From: Nitrospinales bacterium
GTDB taxonomy: Bacteria > Nitrospinota > Nitrospinia > Nitrospinales > VA-1
Direction of reading: 5' to 3'
DNA length: 64,000 nt
Assembly: GCA_965262115.1 (NCBI GenBank)
Contig: OZ253496.1
Location: 1,280,001-1,344,000 of the forward strand
Shown here: in pieces, positions 29,795-40,648 of the stretch
Layout: every line of letters begins with the position of its first letter
Position numbering within the stretch: position 1 is the first letter of the stretch
Notes under the pieces: generated by a model
Told to the model about the DNA's origin: nothing
The model's input: the letters and a program-made list of their open reading frames with translations, nothing else
Databases searched by the model: none
Program-made: the position numbers and the translations under genes

Positions 29795-30025
29795 ATGAAA
29801 GCCGAGCAAAGATGCTGGTCTCGAAACGAAGGTTGGTCTGGCAACATGACCTCAGGGAATTTAAAAGACGCCCAACTTGTACTGCTCTTTGGCCATACAA
29901 AATTTTAATGTGAAGGACGATTTGAAAAATTATGCAAAGGAATTGGAGAGCAGCAACAACGACTTAAAAGATTTCGCCCACATCGCCTCGCACGATTTGC
30001 AAGAGCCCTTGAGAAAAATATCCGA
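29795..30025 (+). pseudogene. Fused remnants of a FIST-domain N-terminus and a HisKA kinase H-box
   Basis: MKAEQRCWS..GW...AQLVLLFG, then in another frame LESSNNDLKDFAHIASHDLQEPLRKI. Confidence 0.6.
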
Positions 30026-30100
30026 CTGGGACAAGGAAGCGAATTCATCGTCACTCTTCCCAAGCGGCAGTCTGCCCTTCATTAAAGTTGTGTGCAGCGG

Positions 30101-31795
30101 TCAAGTGGACTTTTGGGAAATTTTCGCCCAGGTATCGCGAAGCGTTACAGTCCTGTTGAAAACTGGCACTCCAGAAGCGGAGTCCTCATTGTCCACGCAG
30201 AAATACCCCAGCCGTAAAAACTGAAACCGGTCGCCCGCCACCGCATCCACCAAAAAGGGTTCAATGAACCCGTCTTTGACAACCTCAAGAGAATCGGGAT
30301 TCAAACTTGAGATCAACTCAGGATATTCTTTTTCGTCCGCAGGATTTTCCTTGAGAAACAGGTGGTTGTATAGCCTGACTTCGGCATGCCGGGCATGGGC
30401 CTGAGAGAGCCAATGCAGAGTGCCTTTTACCTTCCGGCCCTCCATGGAAGAGCCGCTTTTGGTTTCCGGATCATAAGTACAGCGTAACTCCACCACTTCT
30501 CCCGTTTTTTTATCCTTAATCACCCGTTCACATTTGATGATGTAGGCATGCTTCAACCGCACCTCCCGGCCCGGAGCGAGACGAAAAAACTTCTTCGGAG
30601 GGTCTTCCATAAAATCATCCCGTTCAATATAAAGAAACCGGGAAAAAGGAACCTTGCGAGATCCGGCGCCGGAATCTTCGGGATTGTTCTCGGCAGTAAG
30701 CTCTTCCACCTGATCTTCCGGGTAGTTCTCAATCACCACTTTCAGGGGTCGAACCACGGCCATCACCCTAGGCGCCGTTTTATTTAAATCTTCGCGCACA
30801 CAATGTTCCAGCAGGGCAAAATCTACCGTGCTGTTGCTTTTAGAGACTCCGATCCGTTCACAAAAATCGCGAATGGCCTCAGGCGGGTAACCTCTGCGGC
30901 GCATGCCCGATAAAGTCGGCATGCGTGGGTCATTCCATCCGCTCACATGCTTCTCCTGCACTAACTGCAAAAGCTTACGCTTGCTCAATACCGTGTAATT
31001 CAGGTTGAGACGGGCAAATTCAATTTGCTGGGGACGGTAAATATCCAGTTCTTTCAGGAACCAGTCATAAAGAGGGCGGTGGTCCTCGAACTCCAGAGTA
31101 CAGATTGAGTGGGTGATCTGCTCCAGCGAATCCGATTGACCGTGCGTGAAATCATACATGGGATAAATGCACCACTTATCTCCCGTGCGATGATGAGCCG
31201 ATTTCAAAATCCGATACAGCACCGGATCCCGAAAATTCAGGTTGCCCGATGCCATGTCAATTTTGGCCCGCAAGACCTTTTCACCTTCCGCAAATTCGCC
31301 GGTCCGCATGCGTTCAAACAAATCCAGATTTTCTTCCACCGGCCTGTCGCGATGAGGACTGTCCCGTCCCGGTTCGGTGAGCGTGCCTCGGTATTCACGA
31401 ATTTGTTCAGGACTCAACGCATCCACATAAGCTTTGCCATTCTCGATCAGCCGGACCGCATACTGGTAAAGCTGGTCAAAATATTCTGAGGAATAATACA
31501 ACCGGTCGCCCCAGTCAAACCCCAACCATCGCACGTCTTCTATAATGGCTTTGACATATTCTTCCTCTTCTTTGCTGGGGTTGGTGTCATCAAACCTGAG
31601 GTTACATTTCCCCGAATACTGCAGAGCCAATCCGAAATTCAGGCAAATGGATTTGGCGTGACCAATATGCAGATAGCCATTAGGCTCAGGGGGAAAGCGG
31701 GTATGGACCCGCCCATCAAACTTGAGCGTGTTTAAATCTTCCTCGATAATATCCTGGATAAAATGGGTCGAGGATTCAGAATCTTCTATTTGCAA
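30101..31795 (-). CDS. glnS: Glutamine--tRNA ligase
   Basis: [39 protein letters not shown]. Confidence 0.96.
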   Translation of the reverse strand: MQIEDSESSTHFIQDIIEEDLNTLKFDGRVHTRFPPEPNGYLHIGHAKSICLNFGLALQYSGKCNLRFDDTNPSKEEEEYVKAIIEDVRWLGFDWGDRLYYSSEYFDQLYQYAVRLIENGKAYVDALSPEQIREYRGTLTEPGRDSPHRDRPVEENLDLFERMRTGEFAEGEKVLRAKIDMASGNLNFRDPVLYRILKSAHHRTGDKWCIYPMYDFTHGQSDSLEQITHSICTLEFEDHRPLYDWFLKELDIYRPQQIEFARLNLNYTVLSKRKLLQLVQEKHVSGWNDPRMPTLSGMRRRGYPPEAIRDFCERIGVSKSNSTVDFALLEHCVREDLNKTAPRVMAVVRPLKVVIENYPEDQVEELTAENNPEDSGAGSRKVPFSRFLYIERDDFMEDPPKKFFRLAPGREVRLKHAYIIKCERVIKDKKTGEVVELRCTYDPETKSGSSMEGRKVKGTLHWLSQAHARHAEVRLYNHLFLKENPADEKEYPELISSLNPDSLEVVKDGFIEPFLVDAVAGDRFQFLRLGYFCVDNEDSASGVPVFNRTVTLRDTWAKISQKST

Positions 31796-31879
31796 AATCT
31801 TTTCTCCTTACCAGCGTGACGCTGGACTCACGGAACACAAAATTTTAGGAACACGTTTTGTTCGATGGGGCTAGGCTGA

Positions 31880-31918
31880 TGTGATATTTTACATTTGCCT
31901 TCATGCCCCGGAAGGGTA
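31880..31918 (-). repeat. 39-bp micro-element copy
   Basis: Minus strand TACCCTTCCGGGGCATGAAGGCAAATGTAAAATATCACA. Confidence 0.85.
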
Positions 31919-31955
31919 GAAGGGGGTTTTCCTAAATGTCAGATAATACGTTTGA

Positions 31956-34900
31956 ATGACCGGTAATCGCAAATTTATAATTCTGCTGATTTTTATGATC
32001 GGGGTGGCATCCAGCTTCTGGCTGGTTTCACGCTACCCCGCTTTAGACAGCAAAGCCGCCCTCTCTGGCATGGAGGCCTTTGAAGACCCGCTCACCCACG
32101 AGGCCCACTTTCACGCTCCCCGACAGGCGAACTTTGTCACACGTGTAGCCTATACCGCTATCAACTGGTACGAAACCAACTGGCGTGGAATGGCCTTTGG
32201 CCTGGTTCTCGCGGCAGGATTCTACACCCTGCTCAAATATATCCCGCGCCAGTCTTCGGACCGGCGCTTTCGCAACAGTTTCATGGGAATGTTTGTCGGC
32301 ACTCCGCTCGGGGTCTGTGTCAACTGCGTCGCGCCAATCGCCAAAGGCATGTATGAAGGCGGCAGCAAAATGGAAACGGCCCTGGCCGTCATGTTCAGTT
32401 CTCCCACGCTGAACATCGTTGTGCTCACCATGCTGTTCTCGATTTTCCCCTTCTACATGGCATTGATGAAACTGCTGGCGACTTTTATTTTGATCCTTAT
32501 CATCGTTCCGCTGATTTCGGAGAAAACCCGAACCGCGCCGGAAAAACAGGTCCTGGAAGTCGATCCTGCCACAACCTGCGACCTCAACTCCGATCAGGAA
32601 TCCTGGGCGATATCTTTCAAATCAGCAAGCCAGGATTACTGGAAAAGTTTTGCCTACATCTTTACCCGCACCGTGCCGCTGATGTTACTGGCAGGAGTGT
32701 TCGGGGCACTGGCCAGCCATCTATGGAGCTTTGACAAACTGATCGGAGCGCCGGTCAATCTGGCCAACCTCAGCTTGCTCTCCTTTATGGGAACGCTGAT
32801 GCCTCTGCCTATCGCCTTCGACCTGATGCTGGCACAGGCCATGATGATGTCAGGGTTCTCCCCCGCCTTCGTCACCACACTGGTATTCACCTTCGGGACG
32901 TTCAGCATCTATTCTGCCCTAATCATCTATCGAACTTTCTCTTTTTTTCTGGCAGTAAAATTGTTTGTGATCGTCTTTGCCATCGGCATCGGACTGGGAT
33001 ATGCCTCCAACAGTTTTCTGGAATACAAACACGTTAAATGGTTGGCACAGTATGACCGAATTATCGAAGCGCCAAAAAACAAGTCTGGCATCAAGTCACC
33101 AAAGGTAGAACGAACCGTTCCCAAGAAAATTTATTCTCCTGTACCGATGATCCGACATGCCGCCCCCATCATTCTCAAACAGGAAAACCTGACCGTTCAA
33201 GCCCTGGCCCACACACCCCGCAACAAACCAACCGGCAAACCGTTCACACAACAGATAGGAACGGAACTGGGAATCACCTATTCCAATTCCCTGACACCGG
33301 AAATTTTTCTTGACCCGTTGTTTTTCGGCCGTGGCATTGCCTCCGGAGATTTCAATCTCGATGGCTGGCCCGATATCGCCGTGGCCACTGATAATGGGTT
33401 CGAGCTCTACCAGAACATGAGTGGAACCCATTTCAAAAAGATATTCAGTGGTATCGAAATGTTAAACGGAAAACAGGCGATCAACATCGCACTGGTAGAC
33501 TTGAATAATGACGGCTGGCTCGATATTTTCCTGACCACTTTTAATGCAGGAAACTTTGTCATTCTCAATCCTCTACCTGATGAAGGGCGGGTGACCGTTC
33601 TTCCCGTTCCCAATGGAGGGGCTCTGCTGACCAGCGCCTCGGCCTTCGCCGACCTCAACCACGATGGGTTCCCCGATATCGTCAACGGCAATTATTTTTT
33701 GGGCATATTTACCCGCACTCCGGTCAAACAAGCGGTCAACCAATGGATTCTCAATCACAACCTTGAATTCAAAGTGCAAACCCTTGAGGGGATCCCCGGA
33801 CAAACTCACAGTGTCCTGCTATCGGATATCAACGCCGATGGGCAGGCCGATCTCATGATCGCAAATGACTATAGGGTTGCGGACACTTATTATTTCGGAA
33901 TTTCTAATGCAGGATTCAAAAAAATCCGCCAACAGGACGGGGTCGTCCCCCTGACCACGCAGAACACCATGAGTATCGATACCGGCGATTTTAACAATGA
34001 CCTGATCCCGGATATTTATCTCGCCAATATCGGGATGTCACGTGGGCTGGATGTGGTCTCCAATATTTTTGGCGCTACCATGCAGGAGGCAGGACTGGAA
34101 TTTTGCGATACCGGCAAAAGCGTGCTCGACCGCGAGAACTGCCACCAGTTCAACCAACTGACCACTTTGTTGAATCCGGAAAAGCAGGATATCACCGAAC
34201 ACTGTACCCGGCTGGAAGACCCGCAATGGATTAAAGAATGCATGGTCACACGCATGGTCCTCGTGGCGTCGAGCAGGAAGTCTGCTTCCCTCTGCGATAA
34301 AATTTTGGATCCGTTTACTCTCAATCGAACTTATTGCCAAAAATTTTTCCAGGCCGAGCATGTTGAAATTTCCCGAGAAAATGAAATCCCTATGCAGACC
34401 CAGTTCAACCTGCTGTTATCCGGTCAAGCAAATCACACTTTCAAGGATGTCTCTGAGCAAACAAAAATCTCCACCGCCGAGTGGAGTTGGAACGCCCGGT
34501 TCGCCGACCTCGATAACGATGAATGGCAAGATCTTTATGTGGTCAATGGCGTGCCCATCACGCAGGAGTTTGCCTCGAATAACTTTTTCCACAACCAGCG
34601 CGGCCAGTCTTTTACCCAGGCCCAGGTAGAGTTTGGCCTTGATGACCACGACCACAGCTCTTCCTACACATATATCGATATGGATCGTGACGGAGATCTC
34701 GATATCATCGCCAACACCTTATATGGAGCGTTTAAGGTCTACACCAATAACAATACCCAGGGAAACAGCATCACGGTCAAGCTGATCGATGAACAGGGCA
34801 ATCGATTCTGCCTCGGGTGCACCCTCATCATCCGCTACGGGCCGGATGGCAAACGCCACCAGATGCGCGAGATCAAAACCGGCGGCGGGTTCCATTCCTA

Positions 34901-35051
34901 CGATGCACCCATCGCCCACTTCGGTTTGGGAAAATATAAAACCCTCCAACAAATAGAAATAACCTGGTCCACCGGAGAAACTTCTAAATTACAACATGAG
35001 TTTTTAGCCAACCACGAATACACCATTAGGCGTGGGGCCGATGTGCAATAA
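31956..35051 (+). CDS. Fusion: ArsP/DUF318-like permease + FG-GAP repeats + ASPIC/UnbV domain
   Basis: TM region with PLGVCVNCVAP and SSPTLN; repeated D(F/L)NxDGWxDI motifs; C-terminal GGGFHS...HFGLG...ITWSTG. Confidence 0.75.
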   Translation: MTGNRKFIILLIFMIGVASSFWLVSRYPALDSKAALSGMEAFEDPLTHEAHFHAPRQANFVTRVAYTAINWYETNWRGMAFGLVLAAGFYTLLKYIPRQSSDRRFRNSFMGMFVGTPLGVCVNCVAPIAKGMYEGGSKMETALAVMFSSPTLNIVVLTMLFSIFPFYMALMKLLATFILILIIVPLISEKTRTAPEKQVLEVDPATTCDLNSDQESWAISFKSASQDYWKSFAYIFTRTVPLMLLAGVFGALASHLWSFDKLIGAPVNLANLSLLSFMGTLMPLPIAFDLMLAQAMMMSGFSPAFVTTLVFTFGTFSIYSALIIYRTFSFFLAVKLFVIVFAIGIGLGYASNSFLEYKHVKWLAQYDRIIEAPKNKSGIKSPKVERTVPKKIYSPVPMIRHAAPIILKQENLTVQALAHTPRNKPTGKPFTQQIGTELGITYSNSLTPEIFLDPLFFGRGIASGDFNLDGWPDIAVATDNGFELYQNMSGTHFKKIFSGIEMLNGKQAINIALVDLNNDGWLDIFLTTFNAGNFVILNPLPDEGRVTVLPVPNGGALLTSASAFADLNHDGFPDIVNGNYFLGIFTRTPVKQAVNQWILNHNLEFKVQTLEGIPGQTHSVLLSDINADGQADLMIANDYRVADTYYFGISNAGFKKIRQQDGVVPLTTQNTMSIDTGDFNNDLIPDIYLANIGMSRGLDVVSNIFGATMQEAGLEFCDTGKSVLDRENCHQFNQLTTLLNPEKQDITEHCTRLEDPQWIKECMVTRMVLVASSRKSASLCDKILDPFTLNRTYCQKFFQAEHVEISRENEIPMQTQFNLLLSGQANHTFKDVSEQTKISTAEWSWNARFADLDNDEWQDLYVVNGVPITQEFASNNFFHNQRGQSFTQAQVEFGLDDHDHSSSYTYIDMDRDGDLDIIANTLYGAFKVYTNNNTQGNSITVKLIDEQGNRFCLGCTLIIRYGPDGKRHQMREIKTGGGFHSYDAPIAHFGLGKYKTLQQIEITWSTGETSKLQHEFLANHEYTIRRGADVQ

Positions 35052-35245
35052 CCGGGTAGGCAAGCAACAGGTTATCTCGGCTTAAGATACCGCTACGATT
35101 CACCAACAATGAGGCGGAGATGCTGGGAAACTCTTGTAAAGGGCGCAATCGTATTCAGCCTGCCTGACGGGTATCGTCCTATTGCCCTCGGCGGCTCGCC
35201 GATGGTACAATTTCGGCGGGGAAAACAGTGGAGACATTTTAGAGC

Positions 35246-35626
35246 ATGTCACTTTGGTTAATCGTGGGTTTTGGCGGGTTTATCGGGGCGATTTTACGCT
35301 ACTGGGTCAGTGGGTGGATTCAGAGTGGATTCGTCACCTTCCCTTTTGGTACTATCGGGGTGAACTTTATTGGCAGTTTGCTGCTGGCGCTGGTCATGTA
35401 CGCCTCCGAATACCGAGGCCTTTTTGGCGAAGAAACACGGGTGTTCCTGACCATCGGTGTTCTCGGCTCGTTCACCACCATGTCGACCCTCAGCTATGAG
35501 TCAATGAAACTTTTGGAACAAGACCAGCATATGCTGTTTGGACTTAACCTGGTGGGAACCGTCACGCTCTGCCTGCTGGCCGTTTACATGGGAAAAGTTT
35601 TGATCACCGTTATAGGACTTAAATAA
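35246..35626 (+). CDS. crcB: Fluoride efflux channel Fluc
   Basis: GGFIGAILRY, FPFGT..VN, GVLGSFTTMST. Confidence 0.92.
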   Translation: MSLWLIVGFGGFIGAILRYWVSGWIQSGFVTFPFGTIGVNFIGSLLLALVMYASEYRGLFGEETRVFLTIGVLGSFTTMSTLSYESMKLLEQDQHMLFGLNLVGTVTLCLLAVYMGKVLITVIGLK

Positions 35627-35627
35627 A

Positions 35628-35984
35628 ATGAAAAAAGAATCCGATGCCATTCTTCTGAGAATTTTTATCGGCGAGTCCGACAAATATGAGGGCGTGCCGC
35701 TTTCCAAATATCTGGTGGAATTTTTCAAGAATGAGGGGTTGGCTGGAGCCACTGTTTTGAGGGGGATCAGCGGATTCGAGAAATCCAGCAAACTGCACAC
35801 GACATCCATACTAAGATTATCCGATGACCTGCCGATCGTGGTGGAAGTGGTGGACCGGAAAGAAAATATCGAACGTGTCAAACCGAAACTGGACGACGTG
35901 ATCGAAGAAGGATTGATCACCGAAGAAGAAGTTAAAATCATCCTCTACGAAGGAACCAGGCGCGGAGCCGAGGGTGAAAAGTAA
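35628..35984 (+). CDS. DUF190 (PII-like) protein
   Basis: LLRIFIGESD, GLAGATVLRGI, LSDDLPIVVEVVD; usual crcB partner. Confidence 0.88.
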   Translation: MKKESDAILLRIFIGESDKYEGVPLSKYLVEFFKNEGLAGATVLRGISGFEKSSKLHTTSILRLSDDLPIVVEVVDRKENIERVKPKLDDVIEEGLITEEEVKIILYEGTRRGAEGEK

Positions 35985-36022
35985 TAGGTCTGTCTGGATA
36001 GCAATCTAATTTCAAATAGTAT

Positions 36023-36099
<77 letters not shown>

Positions 36100-36107
36100 T
36101 TTAAAAC

Positions 36108-36146
36108 AAAGGTTTATGGGTTTCCTCCCGTAGACCTTTTTCTTTT
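36108..36146 (+). terminator. Probable intrinsic terminator after tRNA
   Basis: AAAGGTTTATGGG/CCCGTAGACCTTT stem followed by T-rich run. Confidence 0.55.
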
Positions 36147-36362
36147 AGTCGGCACATAGTAGGCGGTAGGGAAAAGTAAGGGGATAAAACTTCATACAGG
36201 GGAAAGCGGACAGGCTTCTTACTCCCGCTACTCCCGCTACTTTTCAGCAATTTCCCCGATTTCCCGCCTGTTAATTTTCTCATTTGTGGCTGAAGGTGCG
36301 TGGATTCGGGCAAGGCATATATTATTAGATAAAGACTGACATATTTTTTAGGAGGACAGACA

Positions 36363-36653
36363 ATGGCCAGTTATCTAATGCTAGGCAATTTCACAGACCA
36401 GGGAATTAGAAACGTTGAAGAAACCATCAAACGTGGGGAGCGCTTCAAAGAGATGGCTAAAGAATGTGGAGTGGAGATCGAGGAACTCATGTGGTTGTTG
36501 GGAGATCACGATGTATTCTGCATTGCTGACGCTGAAAATGACCTTGCGATCACTACCTTGCTCCTGAAGGCGGGATCAAAAGGATTCATCAAGACCAGCA
36601 CCTCTCGGGCCTTTAGCAAGGACGAGATGGGCGCCATCGTCCAAAAAATGTAA
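36363..36653 (+). CDS. GYD-domain protein
   Basis: YLML..FTDQGIRN, LGDHD, T.TSRAF. Confidence 0.8.
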   Translation: MASYLMLGNFTDQGIRNVEETIKRGERFKEMAKECGVEIEELMWLLGDHDVFCIADAENDLAITTLLLKAGSKGFIKTSTSRAFSKDEMGAIVQKM

Positions 36654-36721
36654 TAGAGGAATTGTTCAGTAACAAGAAGGGGGGTAACCTCAATGGGTAT
36701 ACCCGGGTGCCAGGGGGTCCG

Positions 36722-36783
36722 CGATAAACCCCTACCAAGAGTCCGCCAAGCTTATGGTTTATTCTCTTGGTAGGGGTTTATCG
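36722..36783. repeat. 20-bp perfect inverted repeat with 22-nt spacer
   Basis: CGATAAACCCCTACCAAGAG ... CTCTTGGTAGGGGTTTATCG. Confidence 0.9.
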
Positions 36784-36986
36784 TTTTGGGATAGTTATTC
36801 CCCCTGATCTAATTCCATCTTATAAAACACCCCCGCCTCTCAAAAAAGCCATTGATCACACGTTTTATATTTACATTACCTCATTGATTGATTTAGTGAT
36901 TCGGAAATGGCAAAATCTTAGCCTAGTCCAAGGTAAAATATTTTTTGAATAAGAAATCCTGATCAACTTTTAATTGAGGTGATTCC

Positions 36987-37832
36987 ATGAAGCGCATGAT
37001 TGGCATAGGCGGTGGATTACTGGTTTTAGTCGCTATCGCGGTATTTTTCTTATACTCATCGCTGGATACGATTATCACAAGCGCTGTTGAAAAGTTCGGT
37101 TCGGAAATCACGCAAACCCGGGTCACCCTGAAGGAAACAAAAATTTCGCCCACCGATGGCAAGGGGACTCTGCGCGGATTCAGAATGACCAATCCGGCAA
37201 ACTTTAAAACCGAAAGCGCTGTCGAGTTTGATGAAATCAGCATGACGTTGAACATCAAAACGATTACTGAAGACACAATAGTCGTCAAAGATATAACCAT
37301 TTCCGGCCCCAGGATCACTTACGAACATAGTTCCAGTGGCAGCAACATTGATGTGATTAAGAGAAATGTGGACTCTTATCTGGGAACGGGATCCAAAGAG
37401 AAAACTGGCAGCAAAAAGCTCATCATCGAAAAACTATCCATCCTCAACGGCAAAGCCAATGTCAGCGCCGCGATTCTGCAAGGCAAAACCATATCGGTAA
37501 ATATTCCCGATATTGTTTTGAAATACATTGGCAAAAGCAAAGGTGGCGCAACACCGGGAGAGGTGGTCAACAAAGTAATGGCCGCCCTGCAAAAAAATAT
37601 CAATGGAGCGGTCACACCCCTGAATCTGGATCAGGTTAAAGAGGTGGTGGGCTCAGTCGTTTCCGGAGCCAAGGATATGCTGGAGAAAGGTACCTCCGGA
37701 GTTAAAGACATGCTGGAAAAAGGCGCGACCAAAGATATGATTGAAAGCGGTAAGAGCATGATTGAAAACAGCAAAGACCTGATTGAAAAAAACCCGGTCG
37801 GTGATGCCATGAAAGGACTCTTTGGAAATTGA
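36987..37832 (+). CDS. AsmA-like membrane-anchored hypothetical protein
   Basis: N-terminal TM, beta-rich NPANF/SN.DVI region, low-complexity KDM(L/I)E tail. Confidence 0.6.
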   Translation: MKRMIGIGGGLLVLVAIAVFFLYSSLDTIITSAVEKFGSEITQTRVTLKETKISPTDGKGTLRGFRMTNPANFKTESAVEFDEISMTLNIKTITEDTIVVKDITISGPRITYEHSSSGSNIDVIKRNVDSYLGTGSKEKTGSKKLIIEKLSILNGKANVSAAILQGKTISVNIPDIVLKYIGKSKGGATPGEVVNKVMAALQKNINGAVTPLNLDQVKEVVGSVVSGAKDMLEKGTSGVKDMLEKGATKDMIESGKSMIENSKDLIEKNPVGDAMKGLFGN

Positions 37833-37911
37833 GCGGAGAACCGCCAGAAATAGACTGATCCCAATTCGCATAAGGTTTACCGCCTTTACTAAAACTCATC
37901 CGACACACGGA

Positions 37912-39447
37912 TCATGATCGCTTTTTATAGATGAGAAGATAATGGTTGGATCGGGGAAGATAACCCCTCGCCTGCTCACCCCATTTATAAAGCGTCTCCT
38001 CGCGGGAAAGGATATCTACCACTCCGGAAATCTCATACCCTCTGGCCACAAAACCCTGAGCCCAGTCTATCAACAGGGTTTGTGAATTTGAATCGAACAA
38101 CCAGGATGTGTGAATATTCGCCAGCACGATGAATTCAGGCCGGGAAACTTGTATTTCCAGAATCATCTCTGTCTGCATATGGCGGGCGTAGGAATGTTGT
38201 TCCCCCAGGTGATACATATAAAGATGCCGCGTCGCGGATTTCCTTTTTGAATAAAATAAGATCTGCGGTTCCGACCCAAAAATGGCAACTCTGTCATCTT
38301 TTTGTGAATGGTCGCGAATGTATTTAGCGATCTCAAGAGACTCCGGAAAAGGATTCGGATAGTATATCGATCGGGTCGCTTCGGTGACCGGGAGGGTGAA
38401 GAAAAAATCCGTCTTGCTCAATACAGGAAACCCCAGAATCACAGTCAGGATTCCCACAGGGATTGCAGTTTTAATTCCGCGAAACCTCAAGCTCTCGAAA
38501 CCTGCGCCCACAAGCAGAGAAACGGCGGGCATCCATAACAAAAAATAATGTGGCCTGAAATAGAGCCCGGGAGTCACCGCTAAAAATGAACACACAAAGA
38601 ATCCGATCAAGAATTTGTATTCCCGCCTGACATCCTTTCTCCAGCCTACCGATACCAGTCCCAACAAAGCTAACAACAGGATCGGAAAATTGGACTCTAA
38701 AATTTGTTCGAAAACCCATTTGAAGTTTTCAAAACCCTGATCCAGCGGAACCATGGAAACGTATTCCAAAGGGTATAGAAATGTGCAGAACCAGAAATCA
38801 GAAGAATTTCCGGTAACCTGGTAGAGTAAGGCTGAAAGAATCACCGGTGCCAACCCGCCTGCCGCAAACAACCCTAAAGTCAGACGGGGTTTTTTGAGAG
38901 GTTGGGTGATAACTCTGTAACTCAGATAAACCGCGCCAAAAAGGCAAAAAAAGACAGCATGCTGCTTTATCAGCAGAGCAAACCCCAACAGAAGTCCGCT
39001 TAAGAAAAACCGTGCGGGTTGATCCTGAGCTATCCGCAATAGCCAAATCCCGCCGATGGCAAAAAGCAGGACAAAGTGTTCTGAATTTGCCCAAAAACCC
39101 TGAAGGAATGGAGTCAAGGTTAAAACACAAAAGCTAACCCCTGCTACAATACCCGCGGACAGGCTCAATAAATTTCTCCCCAGTAAAAACAGAAGAAACG
39201 CCGTGGCAAGGTTTACAAATAACAAGGACAAATGAATGGCAACAGGGGTCTGGCCAAAAACTGCCAGAACTGCGGCATACACTAAAAAGATGCCGGGAAA
39301 TTTCATGCTGTGGGCTTCGGTATAAGGCAGGACCCCCTGAAGCAACTGCTGGGCCACATAGGCATACTCACCTTCATCACGTTCAAGGGGAACTCCCAAA
39401 AGTCGGAGCCGGACCAAAACGATGCTTACCAGGAAAATCGCGGCCAT
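37912..39447 (-). CDS. ArnT/PMT-like (GT-C) membrane glycosyltransferase
   Basis: ERDEGEYAY, K.PG, multiple TM segments. Confidence 0.8.
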   Translation of the reverse strand: MAAIFLVSIVLVRLRLLGVPLERDEGEYAYVAQQLLQGVLPYTEAHSMKFPGIFLVYAAVLAVFGQTPVAIHLSLLFVNLATAFLLFLLGRNLLSLSAGIVAGVSFCVLTLTPFLQGFWANSEHFVLLFAIGGIWLLRIAQDQPARFFLSGLLLGFALLIKQHAVFFCLFGAVYLSYRVITQPLKKPRLTLGLFAAGGLAPVILSALLYQVTGNSSDFWFCTFLYPLEYVSMVPLDQGFENFKWVFEQILESNFPILLLALLGLVSVGWRKDVRREYKFLIGFFVCSFLAVTPGLYFRPHYFLLWMPAVSLLVGAGFESLRFRGIKTAIPVGILTVILGFPVLSKTDFFFTLPVTEATRSIYYPNPFPESLEIAKYIRDHSQKDDRVAIFGSEPQILFYSKRKSATRHLYMYHLGEQHSYARHMQTEMILEIQVSRPEFIVLANIHTSWLFDSNSQTLLIDWAQGFVARGYEISGVVDILSREETLYKWGEQARGYLPRSNHYLLIYKKRS

Positions 39448-39727
39448 CCATAACAGATATGTACTTTGGGGACTTCTAGTGGATTGCGTGGACTGTATTT
39501 TTGTGCTCCTGAAAAAAATGGTGGGTCAACCGGTAATATCAATGGGAAGAATCTGCAAAGCCAGCCTTCCTCACCACAGAGGGTAAAATAGGTTCAAGAA
39601 CATGTAAACAGATAAAAGCTATCCAGGCATTCCTGCTTCAAGCTAAACTCCTCTTTGACCTGCTTGACAAAAGGATCCAGTGGATTCGGAGTACGCGAAA
39701 GATAAAACCAGGCGAGGGGTTACGGCG

Positions 39728-39958
39728 TCAGGCTCCCCTTCTCTCGCTCGAAAAGTCTCTTCGCATTTCTGACCGGCGGGAAGCCTCGCGTTTATCGAGG
39801 GCAATGGTCAATAATGATTGTCTCCGGTCTTCATTCCTTCGACCAGGAAAGTCTCTTCTTTCCTCCTGGCGCTGATCCCCTTCTTCAGTATCCAGAAACA
39901 AAATTTCGCCCAGTAGGGACTCTTGAGTAGAATACTTGCAGGACGCATATATTCCCAC
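39728..39958 (-). CDS. Small protein with (D/E)RR repeats
   Basis: EERR, GRR, EDRR, SRR, MRR, SERR. Confidence 0.4.
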   Translation of the reverse strand: MGIYASCKYSTQESLLGEILFLDTEEGDQRQEERRDFPGRRNEDRRQSLLTIALDKREASRRSEMRRDFSSERRGA

Positions 39959-40426
39959 TTTTTCCTCACTATTAAAACCCCATTTTTTTAGGAATTTAGA
40001 TTTTTTTCTAGTCTCCTATCCGTATCAAGCAGAACTCCTCATCTGCCAGGACCAAGTATCCACTAAAAATACAAACAGTTATATAAATTTCAGGGGGATA
40101 GACCCTGCAAAAACCAATATCCCGCGTCCCCGACGGGCAAACAGGAACTATATATTTCAGCAAATAGGTTGGGTTCAGACACACTTTATGATACAATCCC
40201 CGAGCAAATGGGTTGACGTTAGTTGATGACTGTTTTTTAGGAAAACTATCAGGATAAATCGGAGCGCAAATTGATGGGCTTTATTTCCCAAACCGTCCAA
40301 GCACAACCATGTATGGTTTTTTTTGCTCCACAAAAGGCAAAATGCCAACCTAAATTCAAATTTGGGAAACCCTGATTTCCGGATCAGGAAAAAAGTTCCC
40401 GCTTATTTTGCAGGAGAGCATTTAGC

Positions 40427-40627
40427 ATGGATCAAGGAAAAGTAAAATGGTTCAACGAAAGCAAAGGTTATGGTTTTATCGAGTCCGATGATGGTGAAGA
40501 TTGTTTTGTTCATTTTTCAGAAATTCAAGGTGATGGCTTCAAAACCCTCCATGAAGGACAGGCCGTGGAATTCGAAAAGACCATGGGTCAAAAAGGACCG
40601 CAAGCCTCAAAAGTTGTCCCCAAATAA
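40427..40627 (+). CDS. Cold-shock protein (CspA family)
   Basis: GKVKWFN..KGYGFI, FVHFS; RBS AGGAG. Confidence 0.96.
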   Translation: MDQGKVKWFNESKGYGFIESDDGEDCFVHFSEIQGDGFKTLHEGQAVEFEKTMGQKGPQASKVVPK

Positions 40628-40648
40628 AGCAGTTTCAAGTGTCTTTCC

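Noticed and set aside
35052..35245. Fluoride riboswitch upstream of crcB
   Set aside because: No GGCGATGG..TTCGCC / CTGATG core found by eye; an Infernal search would be decisive
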